DNA of 34,252 bases from a virus (lineage: Duplodnaviria; Caudoviricetes): the IMG/VR virus record IMGVR_UViG_3300017910_000107, positions 1-34,252 of that record. One strand, 5' to 3'. The notes beneath the pieces are model-generated. The model was given only the letters and a program-made list of their open reading frames with translations. It was not told the DNA's origin and ran no database searches. A program made the position numbers and the translations under genes. Below, one piece after another: positions 25,593-34,252 of the stretch; the first letter of the stretch is position 1, and each line of letters begins with the position of its first letter.

Positions 25593-27140
25593 ATGAAGAC
25601 CGCTCAGTCCATGTATGACTCCCTCCAGACGGAGCGGTATTCGTACCTCGAACGTGCCAGAGACGTTGCCAAGCTCACCATCCCGACCTTGTTGCCAGAG
25701 GAGGGAGCGAACTACTCCACCAAGTTCTCTACCCCCTATCAGAGTGCTGGAGCCAGAGGCGTAAATAATCTGGCTTCGGCACTTCTGTTGTCTCTGCTTC
25801 CCCCAAACTCTCCATTCTTCCGCCTGACGATTGATGACATGGCGTTGCAGGAACTCGGGCCTGAAGCTGAAGAAATCAAGACAGAGATCGACATTGCATT
25901 GTCCCGTGTTGAACGGGCTGTGATGCGAGACATTGAGACCAACAACATCCGAGTTGCGATGTTTGAGGCTCTCAAGCAGCTTGTTGTGACCGGAAACGCA
26001 CTTGTGTATTTACCGAAAGCAGGTGGTATGCGAGTCTTCCGGCTGGATCGGTACGTCGTGAAACGATGCCCTCTGGGCTTCGTTCGCACCATTGTGACCA
26101 AGGAGTCGATTGCTCCAACCATGCTGCCTCCTGAGGTCCGTGCATTGGTGGACGGCAAGGATTCTGATCTCGACACCGTTGACTTGTATACCTGTGTCAA
26201 GAGCATTGATCCTGATACCTATGAGGTATACCAGGAGGTCGGCGGTCAGGAAGTGCCTGGTTCAAGAGGAACCTTCCCACGCGATAAGTCTCCCTACATC
26301 GCACTTCGGATGAACCGTGTTGATGGTGAGTCTTACGGTCGTGGATACGCCGAGCAATACTACGGCGACCTGAAGAGTCTTGAGGCTCTCTCGATGGCGG
26401 TTGTCGAAGGTTCGGCGGCTTCTGCCAAGGTTGTGTTCTTGGTCAACCCGAACGGAACCACAAGAGCAAGAACGCTATCGGAGGCCCCAAATGGAGCTAT
26501 CAGGGAAGGCAGTGCTGCGGATGTGTCTACTCTGCAAGTTGGAAAGCAAGCCGATCTGCGCATTGCGTACGAAACAATCAACCAGATCAACGAACGGCTT
26601 GCGAACGCGTTCCTGCTTACTGAAGCGACCATCCGCCGTGCTGAACGTGTCACCGCAGAAGAGATCCGACTAGTCACTCAATCTATTGAGCGACAGCTCG
26701 GGGGCATCTACTCGGTTCTTTCCCAAGAGTTCCAGTTGCCTTTGGTGAATCGAATCATGGATCGCATGGAGAAGACTGGTGTTCTTCCACAGCTTCCGAA
26801 GAACATTGTCCAACCCGCGATTGTCACCGGCATCGAAGCCTTGGGTCGTGGTCAGGATCTCAACAAACTCGATGTGTTCTTGGCAGGCATCGCCCAGCAA
26901 CTTGGGCCGCAGGCTTTGGGTCAGTTCTTAGACCTTCGGGAATACATTGATCGACGGGCGGCATCTTTGGGGATTGATACGGAGAAACTCATCAAGAGTC
27001 AAGAACAGATTGCTGCGGAGCAACAGGCTCAACAGCAAGCCGCATTGACTCAACAATTTGGCCCCCAAGCCTTGGATCTCTTCGGTAAACAACAACTGAA
27101 GCAGATGGATATAGAAAAAGAGGAACAACCTAATGACTGA
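25593..27140 (+). CDS. Head-to-tail connector (portal), T7 gp8-like
   Basis: YQSAGARGVNNLAS, GESYGRG, RRAERVTAEEIR and LGGIYSVLSQEFQLP. Confidence 0.96.
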   Translation: MKTAQSMYDSLQTERYSYLERARDVAKLTIPTLLPEEGANYSTKFSTPYQSAGARGVNNLASALLLSLLPPNSPFFRLTIDDMALQELGPEAEEIKTEIDIALSRVERAVMRDIETNNIRVAMFEALKQLVVTGNALVYLPKAGGMRVFRLDRYVVKRCPLGFVRTIVTKESIAPTMLPPEVRALVDGKDSDLDTVDLYTCVKSIDPDTYEVYQEVGGQEVPGSRGTFPRDKSPYIALRMNRVDGESYGRGYAEQYYGDLKSLEALSMAVVEGSAASAKVVFLVNPNGTTRARTLSEAPNGAIREGSAADVSTLQVGKQADLRIAYETINQINERLANAFLLTEATIRRAERVTAEEIRLVTQSIERQLGGIYSVLSQEFQLPLVNRIMDRMEKTGVLPQLPKNIVQPAIVTGIEALGRGQDLNKLDVFLAGIAQQLGPQALGQFLDLREYIDRRAASLGIDTEKLIKSQEQIAAEQQAQQQAALTQQFGPQALDLFGKQQLKQMDIEKEEQPND

Positions 27141-27858
27141 TCGTGTTCAAATGGAAACCAACGCTTCACCTCAAATCGACGAGGTGATGGCTCAGTCCAC
27201 TCAACCAGCCGCCGAAGAGCGTCCCGAGTGGCTCCCAGAGAAGTTCGAGTCCGCCGCCGATATGGCAAAGGCATACTCTGAGTTGGAGAGCCGTATGGGT
27301 TCCCAGGCACAACCAGAGGCTCAACCAGAGCCAACCGAAGATGTCGATCCTAATGATCGCTCTGCGTTGTCTATGGATGACATCCGCCCGTTCTCTGAAG
27401 AGTTTGCCGAAAAGGGCGAACTTGGTGAGGACTCTTACCGCAAGCTGGAAGAGTATGGATTCCCCCGTGAACTGGTGGACAACTACATCCAAGGCATGGC
27501 GGCATACTCTCAGCAACAATCGTCTCAGATGATGGCTGCTGTGGGTGGTGAGGAGACTTACAACCAGATGACTGAGTGGGCCTCAAAGAATCTCAGTGAG
27601 GCTGAGATCAACGCTTACAACTCCATCATGGACAGTGGCGATCCTTCTCAGATTGATATCGCTGTTCGTGGTATGCACGCTCGGTTCTCCGCGAACGACA
27701 CTGAGCCATCGCTTCTCCAAGGGGAAACCACGAATGTCTCTAACGGGTTCCGCTCGACTGCTGAAGTCGTGGCTGCGATCAACGATCCTCGGTACAGCAA
27801 AGATGCTGCGTACCGTGCGGATGTCCAACGTAAGATCCAAGCATCGAAGGCTCTCTAA
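27133..27858 (+). CDS. Capsid scaffolding protein (T7 gp9-like)
   Basis: ERPEWLPEKF, KAYSELE, VGGEETY..M.EWA and DPRY..D.AYR. Confidence 0.93.
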   Translation: MTDRVQMETNASPQIDEVMAQSTQPAAEERPEWLPEKFESAADMAKAYSELESRMGSQAQPEAQPEPTEDVDPNDRSALSMDDIRPFSEEFAEKGELGEDSYRKLEEYGFPRELVDNYIQGMAAYSQQQSSQMMAAVGGEETYNQMTEWASKNLSEAEINAYNSIMDSGDPSQIDIAVRGMHARFSANDTEPSLLQGETTNVSNGFRSTAEVVAAINDPRYSKDAAYRADVQRKIQASKAL

Positions 27859-28334
27859 TGAAAACAAGCAAAACAGTTGTAGGTCTGGGTCTGATCTGGA
27901 TCTGTCTTGGGGTAGGGATCTACTTCATGTCCGGTTGTTCTCTTGATGATGTCATCAAGGTGAATGTTCCCCGTGGTGTTCAATCGGCTACCCGAACGCC
28001 ATCAACAATCAAACTTTCCGAAGCTGAATACACCTGGGAAGAGTGGCAGAACTTTGTTGAAATCAACACTGCCCAGTTCCAATCAGAAATCGACGATGCC
28101 AACCAAGTCTGGGGCGTTGCCGCCAGCGTGGTGAACATCGGTGCTGATTCAGCTTCCGGCCCACTCTCCCAACTTCCAGGCGGAGCGGCCCTTGTGTCGG
28201 GCCTGTCTCTCGCCACTGGTCTCTTCCTTCGTCGCCCCGGCGATGCCAAGCGTGAGGCCAAGGAGAAGGAACGATCATTCAATGCCGGTTTGGCTCAGGG
28301 CAAGGCTCTGATCGAAACGGCTATCAAATCTTGA
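27858..28334 (+). CDS. Predicted lipoprotein with second hydrophobic segment (possible spanin)
   Basis: Basic N-terminus, hydrophobic core and MSG-C27 lipobox-like site. Later GGAALVSGLSLATGLFL followed by RR. Confidence 0.55.
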   Translation: MKTSKTVVGLGLIWICLGVGIYFMSGCSLDDVIKVNVPRGVQSATRTPSTIKLSEAEYTWEEWQNFVEINTAQFQSEIDDANQVWGVAASVVNIGADSASGPLSQLPGGAALVSGLSLATGLFLRRPGDAKREAKEKERSFNAGLAQGKALIETAIKS

Positions 28335-28391
28335 CCCTCTTAGGGTCGCCATAAGCAGGCCCGCTGCGGCGGACAACTTGACTGATGGGCG
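28333..28391 (+). promoter_or_regulatory. Structured leader upstream of the major capsid gene
   Basis: GACCCT/AGGGTC hairpin, then nested CGCCAT/ATGGGCG, CAGG/CTTG and CCGC-TGCG-GCGG stems. Confidence 0.45.
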
Positions 28392-28449
28392 AATCTAACG
28401 GTCTGTGTGTGTTTTCTAACTCTATTAACCCTTTATAGGAATCTTTCCA

Positions 28450-29475
28450 ATGGCTGACGCTTCTGTCACTCGTCTTGGTCAGGACGGCCTTGCGGGGGTC
28501 ACAGACGCTCTGTTCCTCAAGGTATTCGCAGGCGAGACTCTCGCTGCCTTTGAAGAACGGAACGTGATGATGCCCCTCCACTCTGTTCGGACTATCACTT
28601 CGGGCAAATCTGCCCAATTCCCTGTGTTCGGTAAGGCCATCGCCAAGTACCACACCCCCGGTGCGGACATCATTGACGATGGATCTGAACTTATCGGCAT
28701 GACCGAGCGAACCGTCTCTATTGACCAACTCCTTCTCTCGAAGGTCTTCATCGCCAACATTGATGAAGCAATGGCTCACTACGACGTTCGTTCCATCTAC
28801 TCCCGTCAACTCGGCTTCGCTCTCGCGGAACATGCTGACGAGGCTTGCATCCGTACCGTCATCGCAGGTGCGCAAACTTCCTTGACCACGCCTAACCCTG
28901 TTGAGCAGGGCGTGACTGGTAAAGAAGGTGCGATCCTGACCGGCGGTAACACTGGTGATGGCATCGTTGATGACCTCATCGAAGTGGCTCAACGGATGGA
29001 TGAGGCCAATGTGCCTGCTGATGACCGGTTCGCTGTTCTGACTCCAGCCGCTTACTACTCAGTGGTTGCTGCTGCTGGTGGTACTGATACCGCTTCGGCT
29101 GTCATGAACCGCGACTTCGGTGGTACTGGTGACATCTCCACCGGTTCCTTGGTCAGCGTTGCTGGCATCCGCGTGTTGATGTCCAACCACGTCCCAACCG
29201 CGAACGAAACCACTGGTACTGATTCGGCCTTTGAATCGTCCAGCATCGCCAACGATGTGTTCGCTGGTAGTGGTGTGGGTTACGGTGGACTCAACTTCGC
29301 CAACACCATCGGGATTGCGTTCCAACGCACCGGTCTCGCAACTGTGAAGTTGTTGGATCTCGCTCTTGAAACTGACTACTTGGTTCAGAATCAAGGCACT
29401 CTGATGGTTGCCAAGTACGCCATGGGTCACAACTTCTTGCGTCCCGAGTGCTGCTACCACCTCAAGTCCGCCTAA
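28450..29475 (+). CDS. Major capsid protein (T7 gp10-like)
   Basis: ALFLKVFAGE, RTITSGKSAQFP, HYDVRSIYS and KYAMGHNFLRPEC. Confidence 0.97.
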   Translation: MADASVTRLGQDGLAGVTDALFLKVFAGETLAAFEERNVMMPLHSVRTITSGKSAQFPVFGKAIAKYHTPGADIIDDGSELIGMTERTVSIDQLLLSKVFIANIDEAMAHYDVRSIYSRQLGFALAEHADEACIRTVIAGAQTSLTTPNPVEQGVTGKEGAILTGGNTGDGIVDDLIEVAQRMDEANVPADDRFAVLTPAAYYSVVAAAGGTDTASAVMNRDFGGTGDISTGSLVSVAGIRVLMSNHVPTANETTGTDSAFESSSIANDVFAGSGVGYGGLNFANTIGIAFQRTGLATVKLLDLALETDYLVQNQGTLMVAKYAMGHNFLRPECCYHLKSA

Positions 29476-29499
29476 TAGCGGAACCTTTCTCCTCTTCTC

Positions 29500-29533
29500 G
29501 GGTAGGCTCACTTCGGTGGGCCTGCCCATTTTT
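29500..29533 (+). terminator. T-phi-like terminator after the capsid gene
   Basis: GGGTAGGCTCAC-TTCG-GTGGGCCTGCCC 12-bp stem followed by ATTTTT. Confidence 0.85.
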
Positions 29534-29546
29534 CTAAAGGAACCCT

Positions 29547-30149
29547 ATGGCTCTCGCAAAAACTACAAGGCTTCAAGCTGTGAACACCATGCTGAGTACG
29601 ATTGGTGAAGCACCTGTCAACACTCTTACCGGTACGGTTGGAGTTGATGTAGCAACCGCAGAGCGGGTTCTGGATGAGACATCTTTAGAAGTCCAGTCGA
29701 TGGGCTGGCATTTCAATACTGTTCCTGAGGTTGAGTTGACACCGGACTCAGCAACAAAACTCATTACGGTGGCCCCGAATGTTGTTCGGATCGATGTTGA
29801 GAGTTCAGCAAAGCATGACTTGGTTCTCCGAGGAGATACGCTCTTTGATCGCAAGAACAACACCAACCAGTTTGATGAATCCATCAAGAAAGTCACGGTC
29901 GTAACGGCTTTAGATTTTCAAGAGATGCCTCAACTGGCCCGTCACTACATCACTATTCGAGCGGCCCGAATCTTTCAGGATCGGGTTGTTGGCTCAGAGA
30001 AGCACCACACCTTTACCCTGCGGGATGAGATGATGGCCTTGTCGAAGCTGAAGGAATACGAGATGGACACTGGAGATCACTCGATCTTCGACAACTTTAC
30101 TGTTTCCCGTGCATTGCGTAGAGAGCCACCTATCAACGAGGTTCACTGA
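29547..30149 (+). CDS. Tail tubular protein A (T7 gp11-like)
   Basis: AVNTMLSTIGEAPV, VQSMGWHFN and YITIRAARIFQ. Confidence 0.95.
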   Translation: MALAKTTRLQAVNTMLSTIGEAPVNTLTGTVGVDVATAERVLDETSLEVQSMGWHFNTVPEVELTPDSATKLITVAPNVVRIDVESSAKHDLVLRGDTLFDRKNNTNQFDESIKKVTVVTALDFQEMPQLARHYITIRAARIFQDRVVGSEKHHTFTLRDEMMALSKLKEYEMDTGDHSIFDNFTVSRALRREPPINEVH

Positions 30150-33049
30150 TGGCCTTTATTTCTCAGACGGTTCCTAACCTGATCCAAGGTGTGTCCCAGC
30201 AGCCGGATTCTCTCCGGTACAACACCCAGGCTCAGAAGCAAGACAACGCTTACGGAACACCTGTGGATGGTCTAATCAAACGGCCCCACACTGAATTCAT
30301 CAAAAAACTCTCAAGTGCTGATAACTCAGCAAACCAATTCTTTCATTCGATCAATCGTGACGAAAACGAGCGGTTTATTCTTGAGATTACCGAAGCATCG
30401 CCCAGCCCAATCATACAAATTCACGACACATCGGATGGAAGCACAAAAAATCTATTGGACCCATCCGATCCGCTCAACACTGGCGGGCTGTCTGCCCCGA
30501 ATGGAACAACCTATCTGGATGCTGCTAATCCAGCCACGGCTTACAAGGCGTTGACCATCAGCGATGTCACGTTCATTGTCAACACTGAGAAGACCGTGGA
30601 GGTCAACTCGTCTTCACTGGGGTCTACTGGATATACCCTACTTGGGAGCGACTTCCGTGCTGCCACCACTTCCAACGATGCAGTTTCGGTCACTGATTTG
30701 GATACCAGCTCGTTCGTTTACGGATCTGAAAAACTTGTTTTCCTCAAGCAAGCAGTCAACCAATCAAATTATCGCTTGGAGGTCTCTGCCACTGGTTTGG
30801 CTCCGGATGGATCGACTGTGCAGGGGGCGACTACCGGAACACCAGCAACACTCTCGATTGGACTTTTGACAGAAGAACTCGCAAGTGACGGGGACGCTGG
30901 TTCTACTGGTGTTGCCCAGCCAAACGGCACGGACGCTTTGGGTCCAATGAAAACCAACCCAGAAGCTATATGTGCGGCGTTTATGGGCATTCTGACGGAC
31001 AATGATGAAAACAGCACAGGCGACCCAGGAACGGGTTGTCACTTTGTAAACAACAAAAATCGGTTTTCTGGTGTTACCGGATCAAGTAAGGTCACTGTTG
31101 AAAGAGCAGGGGACATGCACAACTCTATTGTTGTGCGGCATGGATCTCAGACAGGAACCGCCCGAGCAGGCAATGTAGCCGGAAACAGTAAAAGAGTCGG
31201 CGGCGTGGGTCCGTGTCTACATTTCGTTGGATCTTCTGGGATTGAGTTTGATGTCACCGTAACGTCTCCTCTTTTGGACACAACTGCTGTTGTTGTAGAC
31301 AGCCTCAACGGTGTTCAATCTTTTGTTGATCTTCCCCCATACGCTCCTCACGGATTTATTGCAAAAGTCAATGGAGATCCCGAGTCGGCGGCTGATGATT
31401 ACTACGTTGAATTTGTAGCAAACGATGAATCTTTTACTGGTGCTACAAATCGGTTTGGCCCCGGATATTGGAGAGAATGTTTGGGGGTAAAAAAAGCCGA
31501 GGTGGCTACTGTAGAAAAGGACCGTCCGGCTGGACTTGCGCAGTCATTCGATTTCTCCACCATGCCTCACATCCTGATTCGCAAAGCGAACGGAGATTTT
31601 GAATTTCGACAGGCTAACGGCATTGGTAATTTTCCGGATTTCAAGTGGGCTGACCGCAGGGTTGGAGATGATGAAACCAATCCGTTCCCTTCTTTTACTG
31701 ATAAGAAGATCAGCAACATTTTTCTTCACCGAGGAAGGCTGGGCCTGACTGCTGACGAATCTGTGGTTATGTCCTCAGCAAACGAATTCTTCAACATGCA
31801 CCGGACAACAATGACCACGGTTCTTGATGGAGACCCCATTGATACCGATGTGGCCTTCCGTAAGGTGTCATTGATTCGCCACGCGATCCCATTCAATCAA
31901 AATCTAATCCTGTTCTCGGATACAGATCAGTTCGCATTATCAGGATCTCCGAACCTGACTCCGGTTACTGCTCGGATTATCCCGATCACTTCTTACGAAA
32001 ACGTGATTGATGCGATCCCAGTTCCCGCCGCCTCTAGCCTCTTCTTTGGGTTCAACCACGGAAACTTTGCGGGCGTTCGAGAGCTGTTCCCAACCGACTC
32101 TACAAACTTTGATGCTCTTGACATCACTGAGGCTGTCCCTGCTTATATTCCGGGCAAGGTCAGACAGTTCGCATCCTCAACTGACGAGAACATCATCGCT
32201 GTTCTTTCCTCAACTGAGACAAGCTCGATCTACATTTACCGATACTACGAGGTCGGAAGCGGGTCTCAGAAGCGGAAGATTCAGTCTGCCTGGAGTCGAT
32301 TCACGTTTGGATCGGATGCGAACATTCGACACATCGCATTCATGGATGAAGATTTGTTCTTGATGGTTCAAAGAACCGATGGTCTTCACCTAGAGAAGAT
32401 GCGGATTGAAACAAAGTTGGTCGATACTGGATTGAACTTCCGAGCCATGCTGGACCGTCGGATTACCTACGCAGGGACGGATGGAACGATTACAGCGTCA
32501 TTCTCAGCATCGACTGGGAACACCACATTCACGTTCCCCTATGCCAAGCGGGGACGTAATCTTGATGGTCTGATCAACAATGGTGTTCGTGTCAATGTCG
32601 TGACTCAACCGTCTGATGGCGGGAATACCTTGGTCTGCGAGGGCGACCTAACGTCAAACACCATCTTCTTTGGTGAGGCTTATGAGATGGACTATGGGTT
32701 CTCCACGGCTTACCTCAGGACATCCTCACAGACCGCAGGTCAACAACCAATCGTCACTGGCCGCTACCAGCTTCGGTTTGGTAACATCATCCATGAAGAC
32801 ACTGGATTCTTTACCGTGGAAGTTGCAAGTCCAAACCGTGATACAGCCGTGTCCACCTTCAGTGGGGTCGTGGTTGGTCAAGATCCGACTGATGCCCTCA
32901 ACTTATCGGATGGCACGTTCAGGTTCCCAATCCTCCTGAAGAACACCGATGCAACCATCAACATCAAGAATGACTCACCGTTCCCCAGTAAGTTCATGGC
33001 GGCAGCGTTTGAGGCTTCTTACAACACCAAGGTTCGCCAGCGGCTCTGA
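30149..33049 (+). CDS. Tail tubular protein B (T7 gp12-like)
   Basis: PNLIQGVSQQP, GLIKRP, MPHIL, RRVGDDETNPFPSF, DPID and QSAWSRF. 966 aa. Confidence 0.95.
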   Translation: MAFISQTVPNLIQGVSQQPDSLRYNTQAQKQDNAYGTPVDGLIKRPHTEFIKKLSSADNSANQFFHSINRDENERFILEITEASPSPIIQIHDTSDGSTKNLLDPSDPLNTGGLSAPNGTTYLDAANPATAYKALTISDVTFIVNTEKTVEVNSSSLGSTGYTLLGSDFRAATTSNDAVSVTDLDTSSFVYGSEKLVFLKQAVNQSNYRLEVSATGLAPDGSTVQGATTGTPATLSIGLLTEELASDGDAGSTGVAQPNGTDALGPMKTNPEAICAAFMGILTDNDENSTGDPGTGCHFVNNKNRFSGVTGSSKVTVERAGDMHNSIVVRHGSQTGTARAGNVAGNSKRVGGVGPCLHFVGSSGIEFDVTVTSPLLDTTAVVVDSLNGVQSFVDLPPYAPHGFIAKVNGDPESAADDYYVEFVANDESFTGATNRFGPGYWRECLGVKKAEVATVEKDRPAGLAQSFDFSTMPHILIRKANGDFEFRQANGIGNFPDFKWADRRVGDDETNPFPSFTDKKISNIFLHRGRLGLTADESVVMSSANEFFNMHRTTMTTVLDGDPIDTDVAFRKVSLIRHAIPFNQNLILFSDTDQFALSGSPNLTPVTARIIPITSYENVIDAIPVPAASSLFFGFNHGNFAGVRELFPTDSTNFDALDITEAVPAYIPGKVRQFASSTDENIIAVLSSTETSSIYIYRYYEVGSGSQKRKIQSAWSRFTFGSDANIRHIAFMDEDLFLMVQRTDGLHLEKMRIETKLVDTGLNFRAMLDRRITYAGTDGTITASFSASTGNTTFTFPYAKRGRNLDGLINNGVRVNVVTQPSDGGNTLVCEGDLTSNTIFFGEAYEMDYGFSTAYLRTSSQTAGQQPIVTGRYQLRFGNIIHEDTGFFTVEVASPNRDTAVSTFSGVVVGQDPTDALNLSDGTFRFPILLKNTDATINIKNDSPFPSKFMAAAFEASYNTKVRQRL

Positions 33050-33519
33050 TGAGTGAGTTCGTCCGCTACGCTCGGATGCGTGACATCAAGTATGTCGCTG
33101 AGAACATGCGTGAGGTTGACATTCAGGAGATTCAGGCCCATACAGGCAGAGATCCATACTCGACCCTGAGGTCTGGATATGAGAACTCACATGAGTGTCA
33201 TGCGATTCTCTACCCCTATGACAAAAAAGAGGTCATGGGGATCTTTGGGGTGTCTCCAAGTCCTGATGACAAACTTGGCATCATTTGGATGCTGGGTACA
33301 GACAGGATCGCTGAGGTTCCGATGCACTTCCTCAGACACTCCCGTTCTGTGATTGACGAACTACATCGCCGTTATCACTTGCTTGCCAATGTGATGGATG
33401 AGCGGAACAAGGTGCATCAAAAGTGGCTCCAATGGTTGGGGTTCACATTCATTCAAAGACATCCAGAGTATGGCGTTGAGAAGCGTCCATTCCTGGAATT
33501 TGTGAGGTTGAAGGACTGA
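33049..33519 (+). CDS. T7 gp13-like internal virion protein A (DUF2833, GNAT-like fold)
   Basis: MREVDIQEI, IWMLGT and N..DERN..H.KWLQWLGF. Confidence 0.85.
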   Translation: MSEFVRYARMRDIKYVAENMREVDIQEIQAHTGRDPYSTLRSGYENSHECHAILYPYDKKEVMGIFGVSPSPDDKLGIIWMLGTDRIAEVPMHFLRHSRSVIDELHRRYHLLANVMDERNKVHQKWLQWLGFTFIQRHPEYGVEKRPFLEFVRLKD

Positions 33520-33522
33520 TCT

Positions 33523-34071
33523 ATGTGTACGCCTGAAGCCTTTATTGCGTTGACGATTGCTCAAGGTGCTGCGTCATATGCTGGAGCAAGGGCAACCGCA
33601 AGTGCCCAAGAAGCTGCTGCTCAACAGTCCTACGACTTGACCAAGGCCAACGCTGAGCAATCAGCGATGAATCAGTACCGGCAGATTCGCCAGCGTCAGG
33701 CCCAAGAGAACGAGAAGTCTGCTCAAGAGATCCAAGAGGTTTCCAGGCGTGCCCTCAAGGCTCGATCTACTGCGATGGTGCAGGCGGCTGAAAAGGGCGT
33801 GTCCGGTCGCAACATCGCTGACCTGTTCCAAGACTTTGAGCGTCAAGAGTCTGAGTACCGCAACATCTCACTGCGTAACCGTGCGTTCCGAGAGTTGGCC
33901 TATGACGATCAACTTGAGGCTGTCCGATTGGGTACTCAATCTCGAATCATCAACGCTCTGCCTGCTCCAGTCGCCAAGCCCAGCTTCATCGCCACGGCTC
34001 TCAGGGTTGGCGGTCAGATCGCTGGCGGCATCGGAGACTTCCAAGATCCTAATCCAGAGGCTACCGGCTAA
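33523..34071 (+). CDS. Internal virion protein B (T7 gp14-like)
   Basis: MCTP start, Ala/Gln-rich helices and AAEKGVSGR. Follows gp13. Confidence 0.8.
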   Translation: MCTPEAFIALTIAQGAASYAGARATASAQEAAAQQSYDLTKANAEQSAMNQYRQIRQRQAQENEKSAQEIQEVSRRALKARSTAMVQAAEKGVSGRNIADLFQDFERQESEYRNISLRNRAFRELAYDDQLEAVRLGTQSRIINALPAPVAKPSFIATALRVGGQIAGGIGDFQDPNPEATG

Positions 34072-34252
34072 TGTCACAATCTCAATTTGATGTCGATCTC
34101 GGTCTGTTCAAACAGATCGAACCTGCGGCACGGCCCATCGACACTTTTGCTCCCGTACGGATCAAGGCTCCTGACGCTGGCTCTCAACTTCGAGAACTTG
34201 CTGCGGGTCTTTCTACGTTCAACAAAGGTTTGACTAAGTTTAAAAAAAAAAA
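34071..34252 (+). CDS. N-terminus of gp15-like internal virion protein, 3'-partial
   Basis: TAATG-coupled start (MSQSQFDVDLG...PAARPIDTF...QLRELAAGLSTFN), open to the window end. Confidence 0.7.
   Translation, partial: MSQSQFDVDLGLFKQIEPAARPIDTFAPVRIKAPDAGSQLRELAAGLSTFNKGLTKFKKK

Noticed and set aside
29408-29608. Alternative-frame ORF across the capsid stop, as a possible gp10B-type frameshift extension
   Set aside because: No clear slippery site, a double stop (TAATAG), and the frame runs through the terminator into the tail gene.
402-34077. Numerous minus-strand ORFs of 60-220 aa in the track (e.g. 10337-10993, 28324-28992)
   Set aside because: They lie antisense to well-supported + strand genes, show no motifs, and T7-like genomes are unidirectional.
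34242-34252. Terminal poly-A
   Set aside because: It sits at the contig edge and is most likely an assembly or read-end artefact.

Overview
The window looks like an almost complete, circularly permuted genome (~34.3 kb) of a T7-like podovirus (Autographiviridae-like). Every credible gene is on the + strand. The window opens inside the gp15-like internal virion gene, whose N-terminus appears at the far end (34071-34252). Order: internal virion proteins (the gp16-like one carries an inserted ADP-ribosyltransferase-like domain), short tail-fibre adaptor and tail genes, TerS, a cluster of tiny K/R-rich proteins, TerL, probable genome-end region, early genes and terminator, candidate attP (a tRNA 3' end), tyrosine integrase, a C5 DNA methyltransferase whose motifs are split across two overlapping frames, single-subunit RNA polymerase, SSB, RusA, primase-helicase, lysozyme-fold protein, family A DNA polymerase, LAGLIDADG ORF, exonuclease, portal, scaffold, lipoprotein, major capsid with terminator, tail tubes A/B, gp13 and gp14. 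Best leads: the dual-frame methyltransferase, the ART-like domain in an ejection protein, the KRKVGK-tagged basic microproteins, and an attP positioned so that integration would separate the early region from the int-RNAP operon. All family calls come from motif recognition by eye; no searches were run.
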